Below, piece after piece: positions 28,961 through 39,438 of a DNA stretch of 64,000 bases. Made by a program: the position numbers and the translations under genes. The DNA is from a bacterium (lineage in GTDB: Bacteria > UBA10199 > 2-02-FULL-44-16 > JAAZCA01), in assembly GCA_963674695.2 (NCBI GenBank), contig CAXXGI010000002.1, positions 256,001 through 320,000 of the forward strand, read 5' to 3'. Every line of letters starts with the position of its first letter. Position 1 is the stretch's first letter. The notes beneath the pieces are model-generated. The model saw only the letters and a program-made list of their open reading frames with translations, was not told where the DNA came from and made no database searches.

Positions 28961-29188
28961 CTAGGAGACGACGATGGAAAAGGATTCGATGCGCTCCACG
29001 TCGATCATCGCGCGATCCTCATCGTCGACAATGATGATGTTGCCGTTGTCCACATCGACCGATTCGAGCGTGCCGGAATAGGCGATGCCGAAGGCGATCA
29101 CGTCGACGCGCTTGCCCTTCGCATCGATGAGCGCCTGCATCAGCGCATCTTCTTCAATGGAGAAATCGAGATCGATGAGTTCTGTCAT
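28961..29188 (-). CDS. Small acidic protein, possibly Sm/LSm-like fold
   Basis: GKRVDV...YSGTLESVD...NIIIVD resembles Sm-like beta strands. Confidence 0.6.
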   Translation of the reverse strand: MTELIDLDFSIEEDALMQALIDAKGKRVDVIAFGIAYSGTLESVDVDNGNIIIVDDEDRAMIDVERIESFSIVVS

Positions 29189-29260
29189 GCGTTGGATTCC
29201 TAGTCGAAGCGTGATACCAGGTCAAGCGCGCACCTGGCGCGGGGGTTTGTGCGTGCGCGA

Positions 29261-30280
29261 TCACGTCATGATCGCTCGCAGCTCCTCTTTGAGCGGCATC
29301 GTGCAGAGTTCGCGGACCGCCTCTTTCGGTTTGAGCCCTTCATAGAGAATGCGATACATGACGGCGCAGATGGGCGTGTTGATCTGACGATGCACGGCAA
29401 GCCGATGCAGGGCCGCCGTCGTGGTGATGCCCTCGGCGATCATCTGCATGCCGGATTGGATCTCCTCCAGCGCTTTTCCCTGCCCCAGTTCCAGGCCGAC
29501 GCGATGGTTGCGCGAGAGTTTCCCCGTGCAGGTGAGCACCAGATCGCCGATTCCAGAGAGTCCCATAAAGGTGAGGGGGTTGGCTCCCAGCGCGCGACCG
29601 ATCTTGGTCATCTCGTAGAGTCCGCGTGTGATGATCGCCGCACGCGCGTTGTGGCCAAACCCGAGTCCATCGGAGAGGCCCGCCGCGATGGCGATGACGT
29701 TCTTTACCGCTCCGCCCACCTCGACGCCGATCACATCGTCGTGCGTAAAGGTGAGGAAGGCGTCGGTGCGAAATGCCTCCTGAACGGTGCGACAGGTCGT
29801 CGCATCGTCTCCGGCGATGACCACCGACGTCGGAAGGCCCTCGGCCACCTCCTGGGCGAAGCTCGGCCCCGACAGGACGCAGAGGTGCGCATGGTCCAGG
29901 GCGGGGAGGGACTGGTGCAGGACCTCGCTCATGAGCGTGAATCCCTTTTCCTCGATCCCCTTCGTGCAGCTGACGATGATGGCCCTTCGGTCGAGGTGGC
30001 GCGCACCCTCCTGCCAGACGCGGCGCAGGGCGATCGAGGGGACGACCGAGATGATGAGCTCGCGCCCGGCCAGGGCATCGGAGAGCTTCGTCGTCGCCCG
30101 AATCGATTCAGGCAGCTCGATTGCGGAGAGGTAGAGCGGGTTGCGATGGGTGGTCTCGATGCCCTCGGCCACCTCCGGCTCGAAGGCCCAGAGCAGGACA
30201 TCGTGCCCTTTGTCCGCGAGCAGGCGTGCCAGGGCCGTACCCCACGATCCGGCACCGATGATGGCGATTTTGTGTGGCAT
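29261..30280 (-). CDS. gpsA: NAD(P)H-dependent glycerol-3-phosphate dehydrogenase
   Basis: GAGSWGTALA, TKGIE, LSGPSFA, KNVIAI and GDLVLTC...SRN motifs. Confidence 0.96.
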   Translation of the reverse strand: MPHKIAIIGAGSWGTALARLLADKGHDVLLWAFEPEVAEGIETTHRNPLYLSAIELPESIRATTKLSDALAGRELIISVVPSIALRRVWQEGARHLDRRAIIVSCTKGIEEKGFTLMSEVLHQSLPALDHAHLCVLSGPSFAQEVAEGLPTSVVIAGDDATTCRTVQEAFRTDAFLTFTHDDVIGVEVGGAVKNVIAIAAGLSDGLGFGHNARAAIITRGLYEMTKIGRALGANPLTFMGLSGIGDLVLTCTGKLSRNHRVGLELGQGKALEEIQSGMQMIAEGITTTAALHRLAVHRQINTPICAVMYRILYEGLKPKEAVRELCTMPLKEELRAIMT

Positions 30281-30339
30281 GGCGGCGATAGTATGTATAA
30301 TTAGCTAAAATTAAAAGGGTTTTTTTAATGTGCGAAGTG

Positions 30340-30367
30340 CGCAACTTTTTTCTGTCCGTGCCGATAG
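30340..30367 (+). promoter_or_regulatory. Putative sigma28-like promoter
   Basis: CGCAAC-N14-GCCGATAG upstream of the PilZ gene. Confidence 0.55.
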
Positions 30368-30418
30368 ATAGGGTGAAACCGCTTGTGTCTACGACCCGGT
30401 TTCGATAAGGGAGGAAAC

Positions 30419-30739
30419 ATGAAGGAACGCCGTCGCTATCCGCGACTCGACATCGATCTCCCCGTCATCCTTCGTCACGATGGGCGCTTCATCCCCGCCA
30501 CGATACTCAACTTGAGCTGTGGCGGCATGTGCATCCGCACCGACGGTGCCGATCTCGTCGCCGACAAGCCCGCCGAAATCATCTTCGATCTGGGTGAGGA
30601 CAACCGCGATCTCTCCCTGCGCGGAGAAATCGTGCGGCGCGATGCCGATGATTCATCAAGCGCAGGCATCCAGTTTACCAACCTCTTCTCCGAAGGATAC
30701 ACGGCCGTCCAAGAATACCTCCGCACGCATTTGAATTGA
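30419..30739 (+). CDS. Stand-alone PilZ domain protein
   Basis: ERRRYPR (RxxxR) and NLSCGG (D/NxSxxG) motifs. Confidence 0.9.
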   Translation: MKERRRYPRLDIDLPVILRHDGRFIPATILNLSCGGMCIRTDGADLVADKPAEIIFDLGEDNRDLSLRGEIVRRDADDSSSAGIQFTNLFSEGYTAVQEYLRTHLN

Positions 30740-30766
30740 AACGCATTTCTTGCAGGTTGCTGATGC

Positions 30767-30864
30767 TGTCATTCCCGCGAACGCGGGAATCTCGCTTTTT
30801 TCGGCACATCGAGATCCCCGCTGGAGCCTGCCCTCGAATGATTGAATCGGGGGCGGGGATGACA
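30767..30864. repeat. REP-like doublet
   Basis: Near-identical to 46911..47008. Confidence 0.85.
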
Positions 30865-30882
30865 ACAGCACGGAATCTTTCC

Positions 30883-32838
30883 TCACTTGCTGTATTGAGC
30901 TGTCTGTAATCTCTTTTTCTTCTGTCTGGCCACGATCCTCTCGATCTTTGTGATCGTTTCGCTCATCAATCGGGCGGCGGCGCGGATCGCGTCGGGCTTG
31001 AGTGGGTCGATGCCTGCTTTGCGCAAAACTTCAACTGGGTTGGCGGTGACCGGCGACTGGAGCATGGCGAGATAGCGATCGAGTGCGGGCTTTCCCTCCG
31101 TGCGCACCTTCTCCGAGAGCGCGATCCCGCTGGCCAGACCCGTGGCGTAGGTGAAGACGTAGTACTTCCAGTAGAAGTGCGGGATGTAGGCCCATTCGAT
31201 CTCATCGTCTGAACCGATCGTGAAACCGGAGCCGTAGTAACGGCGCACGAGATCGCGATAAGTGGTGTTGAAGAGCTCCGCCGTGAGCGGTGTGCCGGCC
31301 TCGGCATACTCGTGGATCTTCTTTTCAAACTCCGCAAAGAGCGCCTGCCGATAGATCGTCGTGCGGATCGATTCGAGCTGGTTGCCCAGGAGATAGAGCG
31401 ACATCGCGTCGTCGTTCTCATATTTTTTCAGCAGATAGTCGGTGAGCATCGCCTCGTTGAACGTCGACGCGATCTCGGCCAGGAAAGAGGAGTAGCCGAA
31501 ATTTACTGCGGACTGTGTCTTCATGTTCAGCGCGCTGTGCATGGCGTGGCCGAATTCATGCGTCGTCGTGAAGGCGTCGTCGATATCGTTCTGGTAGTTC
31601 GTCTTGACGTAGGGATGTGTCCCCCAGAAGGAGGCCGAAAACGCGCCACTTTCCTTGCCCTTGTTCGGATAGACGTCGGCCCAACCGCTTCCGGGCTGGA
31701 TGCCTTCGGAGAGTTTCCCGAGATAGGCTTTCCCCATGGGTTTGAGCGAGGTGAGGATGTCGCCGACGGCGTCGTCATAGCGGATGGTGGTGCTCACCGA
31801 AGGGACGAGCGGCGTATAGAGGTCGTAGAGGTGCAGATCCTTCACTCCGAGGAGACGCTTGCGCAGGGCGACGTAGCGGTGCAAGGGTTTGAGGTTCGCG
31901 TTGATCGCCCGGATCATCGTGTCGACGACCTTTGGATCGACGTTCTCTCGGTCGAGATAGGCATCGATGGCGCGGTCGTAGTCGCGGACTTTGGCCAGCG
32001 TGACATCGCGTTTCACCTCGCCCCCGAGCGTGGCGGCGAGGATGTTCTGATATTTTCGGAGCGCGCCGAAGAATCCTTCGACCGTCTCGCGCCGAACGCG
32101 CCGATCCTTCGACGCGCGATATTTTCCGTAATTCGAAAGGGTCAGTTGTATGCGCTTGCCCTTCTCATCCGTGACCATGGGGAGCTGCAGGTCGCGCATC
32201 GTCGCCTTGAAGACAAGTTCGATATCGGAAGGAATCTCGTTGAGATCGGTTTCGGAAAAGAGGTTGTCGCCGACGATCCCGAGGACCTCTTCGGCCTCGG
32301 GGCCCTTCATGCGACCGGCGCGACGCGTCATGTTCTGCACGTAGGCGCGATAGGGCTTGAGCGAGGTGTCGGCCAAGAGGGTGGAGAGCGTCGATGCATC
32401 CATCGCGAGCAGCTCCTGTCGCATGAAGGAGGCGTTCTGCTGGAACGACTTCATGAGGGTGACGCTGCGCTGATTCATCTTCTGATAGCGTTCGACCTCC
32501 ACATCCTGATCGTGCTTGAGATTGGCATACATCGAGACGCGGTCGAGGATGCTGCGCAGGGAAAAGTAGTCGGTGAGGCAGGCGGAAAGTCCGGAGGCGG
32601 TGGAGAGCTTCCCCTTGTGATGCGGCAGCGCGCTGATCTGTTTTTTTGCCTGTCGGTACATGCCTTCCCAGGCGCCGTCGCTCCCCGCCAGCGGCGCGAG
32701 CTTCCATTTGTATGCAGACGGAACACTCGACCGGGGCGCATTGGAATCCGGCGTGTAGGTTTTGCTCGGTGTGGCAAGAACTGTTGCCGAGAAGAAGGAG
32801 AGGATGACGACACCGATGATCATCTGCACGCGTTTCAT
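30883..32838 (-). CDS. pepF: Oligoendopeptidase F (M3B) with signal peptide
   Basis: HEFGH zinc motif, AEIASTFNE, WAYIPHFY; N-terminal signal peptide. Confidence 0.92.
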   Translation of the reverse strand: MKRVQMIIGVVILSFFSATVLATPSKTYTPDSNAPRSSVPSAYKWKLAPLAGSDGAWEGMYRQAKKQISALPHHKGKLSTASGLSACLTDYFSLRSILDRVSMYANLKHDQDVEVERYQKMNQRSVTLMKSFQQNASFMRQELLAMDASTLSTLLADTSLKPYRAYVQNMTRRAGRMKGPEAEEVLGIVGDNLFSETDLNEIPSDIELVFKATMRDLQLPMVTDEKGKRIQLTLSNYGKYRASKDRRVRRETVEGFFGALRKYQNILAATLGGEVKRDVTLAKVRDYDRAIDAYLDRENVDPKVVDTMIRAINANLKPLHRYVALRKRLLGVKDLHLYDLYTPLVPSVSTTIRYDDAVGDILTSLKPMGKAYLGKLSEGIQPGSGWADVYPNKGKESGAFSASFWGTHPYVKTNYQNDIDDAFTTTHEFGHAMHSALNMKTQSAVNFGYSSFLAEIASTFNEAMLTDYLLKKYENDDAMSLYLLGNQLESIRTTIYRQALFAEFEKKIHEYAEAGTPLTAELFNTTYRDLVRRYYGSGFTIGSDDEIEWAYIPHFYWKYYVFTYATGLASGIALSEKVRTEGKPALDRYLAMLQSPVTANPVEVLRKAGIDPLKPDAIRAAARLMSETITKIERIVARQKKKRLQTAQYSK

Positions 32839-32895
32839 GGAGCCTCCTTGTCGATGGGATGGAGAGCCTAGTGCAGCGAGCCGACGTTGACAAGG

Positions 32896-33025
32896 GGGCA
32901 CCTCTAAAAACCTATGATGCGCCACCGCGAGGGGAAAATGGAGATCTTTTTTACAGGGTCATCGGAAAAAAGGTCTCCATTTTCCCCGGGAGGTGGCATC
33001 AATAATTGAGTTTTTAGAGGTGCCC
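32896..33025. repeat. MITE-like palindrome (GGGCACCTCTAAAAAC ends) containing copy 2 of the 67-nt hairpin
   Basis: Perfect 16-bp terminal IR; inner 32927..32993 matches 17861..17927. Confidence 0.85.
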
Positions 33026-33081
33026 AAGCGGTGGTCCCCACAATTGCATTGTCCGGGCGCGACTGATAGAGATGACATCCT

Positions 33082-34023
33082 ATGATCGCTCTTGCCCTCC
33101 TCTGCTTGGCCGGTATCGCCCTGCTCTATTTCGGCGCCGAATGGCTCGTGCGCGGCGCCTCCTCGATTGCGCGGCGGTTGGATGTGCGCCCGGTCATCGT
33201 CGGGCTCACCGTCGTCGCCTTTGCCACCTCGGCACCGGAGTTGATCGTCAGCATCGTTGCCGGGCTGAAACATCAGGGCGATATCGTTCTGGGCAATATC
33301 CTGGGGAGCAACGTGGCCAACGTGGGCCTGGTGCTGGGTTTGGCCGCGCTCGTGCGACCATTGCGCGTCGAGCGCGCGCTCATTCGGCGCGAGGTGCCCG
33401 TGGCGATCGGCGCGGCGCTGCTCTTTATGGGGCTGTGTTGGGACGGCCAGCTCTCGCGCATCGATGGCGCGATCCTCCTGGCGGTCTTTCTCCTCTTCCT
33501 CGGAGCGAGCATTCGAACGGCGATTGCTTCGCGCCGCTCCGATTTCGATCTCCCGAAGGGGACGCGATCGACGGGGTGGTCGATCGTTCTGGTGGTGGCG
33601 GGGTTGTGCGCGCTCGTCGGTGGCGGACACCTGCTCGTCACGTCGGCGGTCGCCTTTGCGCGCATCTTCGGCATCAGCGAACTCTTCATCGGACTCACCC
33701 TCGTGGCGGTGGGCACTTCACTGCCAGAGCTGGCGACCTCCGTCGTCGCCTCCGCTCGCGGCGAAGACGATCTCTGCGTCGGCAATGTCGTCGGCTCCAA
33801 CATCTTCAACATCCTGCTCGTGTTGGGGATCGTCTCGTTTCTCCATCCGGTTCTCGTTCCCGCCTCGCTCTTTCGGATTCAGTTTCCCTTTCTGATCGGA
33901 ACCGCCCTGCTCCTTTTGCCCATCATGCGCACCGGGTTTCGTATCTCGCGCATCGAAGGGGCTCTGCTCATCGCCGCCTACGCGGCCTTCATCTTTCTGT
34001 CCTCTGTGGGGATCGTTGACTGA
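33082..34023 (+). CDS. Ca2+/Na+ antiporter (YrbG family)
   Basis: Two alpha repeats: TSAPE...GSN and GTSLPE...GSN. Confidence 0.92.
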   Translation: MIALALLCLAGIALLYFGAEWLVRGASSIARRLDVRPVIVGLTVVAFATSAPELIVSIVAGLKHQGDIVLGNILGSNVANVGLVLGLAALVRPLRVERALIRREVPVAIGAALLFMGLCWDGQLSRIDGAILLAVFLLFLGASIRTAIASRRSDFDLPKGTRSTGWSIVLVVAGLCALVGGGHLLVTSAVAFARIFGISELFIGLTLVAVGTSLPELATSVVASARGEDDLCVGNVVGSNIFNILLVLGIVSFLHPVLVPASLFRIQFPFLIGTALLLLPIMRTGFRISRIEGALLIAAYAAFIFLSSVGIVD

Positions 34024-34041
34024 GTGTGGGTCACGCATCGA

Positions 34042-35037
34042 TCAGCGGTGTTTTTTCTTCACGCGCGGCGTTCGGTGCATCGGGGTGCGGGGGGTCGTGC
34101 GTTCCTCTTCGCGCCGCAGCAGGAATCGGCGCAGCGCTTCGAGGTCGTCGGCGAGCGGCGCCTCGAGTGCCAGGAGTTTTCCGGTGAACGGATGTTTGAT
34201 TTCGAGCGAGGTCGCATGTAGTGCCAGGCGAGGGGCCGCGCGCGAGATGCCCGTCGGTGCATACAGGTCGTCGCCCAGGATCGGGAAGCCCTTTTCGTGT
34301 AAGTGAATGCGCACCTGATGCGTTCGGCCCGTTTCCAAGCGTGCCTCGACGAGCGAGGCATTCCTGCCGAGATGTTCACGAAGGGAAAAGTGCGTCACCG
34401 ATTCGCGGGCGCTCGCCGCATCTTCATCGGTGGAACTGCCGCGGAGGCCATCGCCCCGGTTGCGCACCATCATGCTGCGCACGGTACAAGCCTCCTCCGG
34501 AAAATGACCGCTGACCAGCGCCAGGTAGCGGCGCTCCACCCGATGATGAAAGAGGATCTCCTTGATGCGAAGCTGGCATTCCTCGGTGAGCGCGACCATC
34601 ATCAGGCCCGAGGTAAACTCGTCGAGTCGATGGACGGGCAGAGCGGTCCCGAGCAGATGTCGGACGACGCCGATGACGTTTTTGGTATTGCGCCGTCCCG
34701 TCGCAGAGACCGCGAGCATCCCGGGTGGCTTATAGACGACGACCATGTGTTTATCGCGGTGGATGATGGCGAGATCGCGGTTGGGACGAAGGCGCGGTGC
34801 ATCGCGTTTGATGAGCACATCCGCGGCATCGATGGCGCGTCCCGGGTCGGCGGTTGGGATTCCTTTGTAGAAAACCTTTCCGGTTTCGAGGAGGGAGCGC
34901 GCTTCCCGGTTCGTCAGCGGGAGTGCGCGCAGGTAGTCGATCAGGCGCAGCGACGGTCGATCTCCTTTTGGTGCAGACTCGCGCGTATTCGGTGGTCGCT
35001 TCGAATGTGGGCGGTGCTGTTTCACGTGTCCCCTCAT
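34042..35037 (-). CDS. RluA/RluD-family pseudouridine synthase
   Basis: KPPGM, VHRLDEFTSG, ETGRTHQVR and ILGDDLY motifs. Confidence 0.92.
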   Translation of the reverse strand: MRGHVKQHRPHSKRPPNTRESAPKGDRPSLRLIDYLRALPLTNREARSLLETGKVFYKGIPTADPGRAIDAADVLIKRDAPRLRPNRDLAIIHRDKHMVVVYKPPGMLAVSATGRRNTKNVIGVVRHLLGTALPVHRLDEFTSGLMMVALTEECQLRIKEILFHHRVERRYLALVSGHFPEEACTVRSMMVRNRGDGLRGSSTDEDAASARESVTHFSLREHLGRNASLVEARLETGRTHQVRIHLHEKGFPILGDDLYAPTGISRAAPRLALHATSLEIKHPFTGKLLALEAPLADDLEALRRFLLRREEERTTPRTPMHRTPRVKKKHR

Positions 35038-36737
35038 CGGACCTGCTTTGCGATGCGTTTTTTGAAGGCGAGGAGTTGGTCGCGGTCAGCAAATTCGCGC
35101 AGTTGGTGGACGAATTCGCCCATGAGGGCGTGGCGATGTCCAGGTTTGCAAGCGTAGATGGCGTCGAGGATGGCGTGCGCGAGATAGTCGTCTCCGCGCC
35201 ATGGTTTCAGTGCCACGGCCACTTCTTCGACAGCGATCGGCTCGAAGACGCCACACATGTCCTCGAAGAAGCGTCGCTCCAGTTCGGCATGGACGCGGGC
35301 CGTATTCTTGAGTGCGCGGTCGATGCGTCCGTGGAGGCGATCGGTGAATTGCCTATAGGCGATTTCAGCATCACCGCAGGGTTTATCTTCGAATGGACGC
35401 GAGAGCCCTTCGGCATCGCCGTCGGCCAGCCCAATCGGTTCGCCCACGCAGAGGCGGATGGCCGTGTTCGCACGGATACGCATGCTCCGACGTGGCGAGG
35501 CGGTGGCGGTGCCGGCGCATTCGATCGGCACGATGCAGACCGATCGGGTTAGCCCCGCCGCGCGAAAGGCGAGTTGCACATCCGTAGCGATGTGGGCACA
35601 TCCCTTCTTGAGGTGTCCTCCGTCAGCGCTGATGCGAGCGGCCGAACCCACTGTATAGTAGCCGGCATCGAGGCGTGCGCCCGCATCATCCACATAGGGA
35701 TGGGCGCGCGTCCCCTGAGGGAAGAGCGTCAGGTCGAAATTCGGGCCGTCGATAGCGGCGAGCACCTGGTCGGAGACGGCGCGGGCCGATCGCCGTCGGT
35801 CGCGCGAGGTGCGGTCGACGAAGACCATTCCCAATGCCTCCGCGATTCGTCCCAGGCCTAACAAACGATAGAAGATCGGATTGTCGCGAAAGTGGTCCTT
35901 GGCGAGCAGAAAGTGCGGCAGGCATTTCGCCGGATCCTCGAGCGCACCCGTGCGGGCGGCCAGCGGCAAACAGGCAAAGATGAAATCGAGAAAGCTCTTG
36001 TGGGTGAAGGCAAATATCTGCACGCCCCCGGCGGGCGCGAGATGTTCCTCTCCCTCGATCGTCACGCGGGCGCGAATGCGTTGTGCGATGCGGCTGGCCC
36101 AGACGATCGCAAGCGCGCCACAGACTTGGCGAACAACGTCGGTGCTGCGTTCGCGCACGGCCAGCAGGGCCAGGCGCGTCAGGCGAATCGTATCGAACAC
36201 GCCGCCGAGGAGTTTCCGCCGTGCGATGAAGACGCCTCGTCCGTTCGTGCGAAAGTCGAGGTCATCGACGGCGATCGTTCGATCGGGCGTCTGCGGCAGG
36301 TGCACGCGCACGATTCCCACGCTTTCGTCGAGTCGATCGAAAAATTCCTGCGGATGGATAGCGGCGTGCGCGCGCAGAAAGTCGAGCAGGCGCAGTTCTT
36401 CGGCATGTCGCTCGCGGCGCCAGAGAAGGGATAGACCCATGAGTGCGAGCGCACCGACGATGGCGCATGCGTGTGGCCAGGTGCCGCCATGTACCAGCGC
36501 CAGCGTATGCCAGATGATGGCACCGCCCAGGTAGGCGAACCCGATGGTGTCGCGCACGGGTCCGGTCCATTGTTCCCATCGTCCGGTGCGGCGCACGAGG
36601 AAGCGCGCGGCCCGATTGTTCACGGCGAAGGAGCGCGTGAGCAGCCGCAGAATCGGAATGGCAAAGAAGGCCCCGAATACCGGAGCCATCCACCAGCGCA
36701 ATTGCCAGAGCGCATCGGCGATGTGGGTGGCGTCCAT
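35034..36737 (-). CDS. PlsC-family acyltransferase with N-terminal TM extension
   Basis: THKSFLD (HxxxxD), VFVDR and FPQGTR motifs. Confidence 0.8.
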   Translation of the reverse strand: MDATHIADALWQLRWWMAPVFGAFFAIPILRLLTRSFAVNNRAARFLVRRTGRWEQWTGPVRDTIGFAYLGGAIIWHTLALVHGGTWPHACAIVGALALMGLSLLWRRERHAEELRLLDFLRAHAAIHPQEFFDRLDESVGIVRVHLPQTPDRTIAVDDLDFRTNGRGVFIARRKLLGGVFDTIRLTRLALLAVRERSTDVVRQVCGALAIVWASRIAQRIRARVTIEGEEHLAPAGGVQIFAFTHKSFLDFIFACLPLAARTGALEDPAKCLPHFLLAKDHFRDNPIFYRLLGLGRIAEALGMVFVDRTSRDRRRSARAVSDQVLAAIDGPNFDLTLFPQGTRAHPYVDDAGARLDAGYYTVGSAARISADGGHLKKGCAHIATDVQLAFRAAGLTRSVCIVPIECAGTATASPRRSMRIRANTAIRLCVGEPIGLADGDAEGLSRPFEDKPCGDAEIAYRQFTDRLHGRIDRALKNTARVHAELERRFFEDMCGVFEPIAVEEVAVALKPWRGDDYLAHAILDAIYACKPGHRHALMGEFVHQLREFADRDQLLAFKKRIAKQVR

Positions 36738-36740
36738 GGC

Positions 36741-37946
36741 TTAAGGTTGATCCTCGTGGTTTTGACGCGGTTCCGGACAGGACAGTGGGTTGAGGTCGTA
36801 GCGAAAGAGGAGATCGACCGTGCGTTTGCCGATGTGAAACGCCTCGCGCCCCAGTCGTTGGGAGATGCGGCTGGCAACCGATTCGGCCACGCCCGTCTGC
36901 GTCTCATAGATGGTGCTGATGATCCCCTTGTCCGTGATCGCCATCACCATGTCGATGGGATGGCGCACGAGCGAACGGACGTAGTGCTCGATCTGGCCGA
37001 CGAGTCCCTTGCTCTTCTTGATGCCGAAGCGCTTGCGGATGTTGGCGTAGTTGGTGATCGTGATGTCATACTTGAACGTGCGGCGATCGGCGTGCGGCTG
37101 TCGCGCTGTCTCCGAGGCCGGCAGCAACAGGTGATAGACCGGCTCGTGCGCCTTGGGTAAATCGGCCCAGAGCTGTCCGCCCTGATGTGAGATGAGACGG
37201 CGACACTCCGACAGCGCCAGGCCGCTGATCTCGTCGGTGCGATCCTGAAAGAGGTCGGCCAGAAAGAGCGCTCGATCGACGTGCTTCAGGTGGTGATCGA
37301 AGTTCGTAAAGCTGATATTGATGCCCGGTCCGCTGCGCAGGTTGAAATCGCGAATGTCGATGTCGATGCGGCTGCTGCGCGCCGCGCGTCGAACGAGGTG
37401 TTCGATGAGCTGCGAGATGGCCAAGCGGATCTGATCGACATCGGCGTAGACCGGCGGCAGGTCGGAAGAACCCGCAACGTGGTAGGTCACCTGGCGACTC
37501 AGGAAGAGCATGTCGTGCGTCATCAGAACGCGCCGAATCAGCTCGAGCGTATCGAAGGAGGGGGTGGCCGTGCTCGCCGGTGCGGGTGCAGCGATCGGCG
37601 GTGCCATCGCAGGCACCGGAGGCGTTACCGGTATTTCCGATCTTTGGACGAGCAGATCCAGGAGTGTGTCGAAGGCCTCGGTCGTTCGGGGATCGTCGGC
37701 GTCCGGCCACTGTCGGCGCAGATCGCGCAGATCGCGCAGGAGTTCGGTGTGCTCCGCGGAGGCTCGGTCTGCCCGCGACCGCGGCGGTGCTTGTTTCTTT
37801 GCCACGCGCTGAGGACGTGGTTTTGCAGCGGTCTTCGCCTTCTTTGGGGCAGGTCGTGCCTTTTGCGCGCGCGCTTTCTTGGCGACGCTCGCTTTCTTCG
37901 AGGCACGCGCGGTACCCTTCTTTTTTGCCACCTTTTTTGCAGCCAT
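36741..37946 (-). CDS. Lys/Ala-rich N-terminus + degenerate HATPase + degenerate GGDEF-like protein
   Basis: MAAKKVAKKK tail; LPPVYADVDQI...GLALSECRRLISHQGGQLW resembles HATPase_c without N/G boxes. Confidence 0.6.
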   Translation of the reverse strand: MAAKKVAKKKGTARASKKASVAKKARAQKARPAPKKAKTAAKPRPQRVAKKQAPPRSRADRASAEHTELLRDLRDLRRQWPDADDPRTTEAFDTLLDLLVQRSEIPVTPPVPAMAPPIAAPAPASTATPSFDTLELIRRVLMTHDMLFLSRQVTYHVAGSSDLPPVYADVDQIRLAISQLIEHLVRRAARSSRIDIDIRDFNLRSGPGINISFTNFDHHLKHVDRALFLADLFQDRTDEISGLALSECRRLISHQGGQLWADLPKAHEPVYHLLLPASETARQPHADRRTFKYDITITNYANIRKRFGIKKSKGLVGQIEHYVRSLVRHPIDMVMAITDKGIISTIYETQTGVAESVASRISQRLGREAFHIGKRTVDLLFRYDLNPLSCPEPRQNHEDQP

Positions 37947-38072
37947 GGGCCGTCTTTTAGCCGATTGACCCGCCAAAGACAAGGTGAAGCTTGAAGGGTG
38001 TATCGCTTCAAGGCTTGCATGCGATTCCTCGGGGTGATAGGTGGGGCGCCACTTTTTTCAAGGAGGCGGAAT

Positions 38073-39356
38073 ATGATGCAGCGGGCAGTAAGAATAGTGA
38101 TGATAACAGTGGCAGCGCTTCTGTTGGCGCAGGGGGCGTCTGCGACAGAGATGCCCAAAGAGATACAGGCCACACCGGCGGACAAGGCGCCGAAACTGGC
38201 ACAGGCACCGAAGAGCGTCGATCTGCAGACTGGACAGGAGCGGGTGATCCGGTTCTCGTGCAAGGTGCCGATCGGCTTCTATGGTTTTATCTCGGCCGAA
38301 ACCCTCTGGTCGAATGCGCAGCTGTCGAGTTTTGGCACCAACAACAACACGCCGGCGAGCTACAACCGGAACATGTCCGGCTTCAACCGCGTGGTCGATG
38401 AGTCGATCGACGGCAACAACGACGCATTCCTCTCCTGGACGGTGCAGAATACGCGCTTTGGATTTCTCTTCGATCCGTATGATTTTGGCGGCAAGCCGAT
38501 CGAGATCGACGGACGATTGGAACTCGATTTCTTCAGCACCGCCGACCTCTCGGCGGCGTCGGTGCGTCCGCGCCTGCGTCGTGCCTATGTCGGCATCGGG
38601 GGGAAGAGTAAACGCTGGCATGTCCTCTTCGGTCAGGAATGGGACCTCTTCTCGCCGCTCAACCCCGCGACGCTCAACATCGGGGGAAATCTCTGGCGTC
38701 AGGGAAACCTCGGATTTCGGCGGCCGCAGATTCGTTTCACCTATCGGCATCCGATCGGTTCGGAAAGCGGCATGGAGGCGGCGGTCAGTGCTAACCTTCC
38801 CTCGAACGTGATGACCTTCAACGATCCGGGCAACACCACCGCCATTCCGATGGTCGAGGGGCGTGTCGGGTTTCATCACCAACTTCCGGCCGGAAAACTC
38901 TGGGCCTATCTGTCGGGAGCGTATGCGCGCCATCGCAATGCGGTGGCCGGTGCCGACGACATCAACAACTGGGCGTTGGCGGCGAGCATCGCCGCACCCG
39001 TGCACAAATTCTTCATCCCGTCGGGCGAATTTCACTATGGCTATAGCATGGGGCTGATGCTTTCGAACGCATCGGACACCTCGCGGCAGCGTCTCCTGGC
39101 CGGGTGGGGACAGATCCAGAGCCTGTGGCTGGACTGGTTCGAGACGAACGTGGGCTACGGCATCGATACGCTGCAGAGCAGCAAGGTTGCGGCCGGCTGG
39201 GTCAAGCGCAATCAGGTGGCGTTTGCCAACCTCAAGTTCAAACCGATCCGTCCGTTCATCATCGGTTTGGAATACAACTACTTACGCACGACCTATCAGG
39301 GCACGGGCGCGAGCGAGGCTAACGCCGGATTTCTCAATGTGTTGTATCTGTTCTAA
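38073..39356 (+). CDS. Outer-membrane porin (DcaP-like)
   Basis: Signal peptide; TRFG, LELDF, RLRRAY and GQEWDLF motifs; C-terminal Phe. Confidence 0.78.
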   Translation: MMQRAVRIVMITVAALLLAQGASATEMPKEIQATPADKAPKLAQAPKSVDLQTGQERVIRFSCKVPIGFYGFISAETLWSNAQLSSFGTNNNTPASYNRNMSGFNRVVDESIDGNNDAFLSWTVQNTRFGFLFDPYDFGGKPIEIDGRLELDFFSTADLSAASVRPRLRRAYVGIGGKSKRWHVLFGQEWDLFSPLNPATLNIGGNLWRQGNLGFRRPQIRFTYRHPIGSESGMEAAVSANLPSNVMTFNDPGNTTAIPMVEGRVGFHHQLPAGKLWAYLSGAYARHRNAVAGADDINNWALAASIAAPVHKFFIPSGEFHYGYSMGLMLSNASDTSRQRLLAGWGQIQSLWLDWFETNVGYGIDTLQSSKVAAGWVKRNQVAFANLKFKPIRPFIIGLEYNYLRTTYQGTGASEANAGFLNVLYLF

Positions 39357-39372
39357 TGATCGGTTGAAGAAA

Positions 39373-39414
39373 AACGAACAAGGGCGGCTCGCATGCGAGC
39401 CGCCCTTGTTCGTT
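39373..39414. terminator. Perfect palindrome between the convergent porin and tRNA; probable bidirectional terminator
   Basis: AACGAACAAGGGCGGCTCGCATGCGAGCCGCCCTTGTTCGTT. Confidence 0.75.
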
Positions 39415-39438
39415 GTGATGGAAAAACACTTTCCTTTG

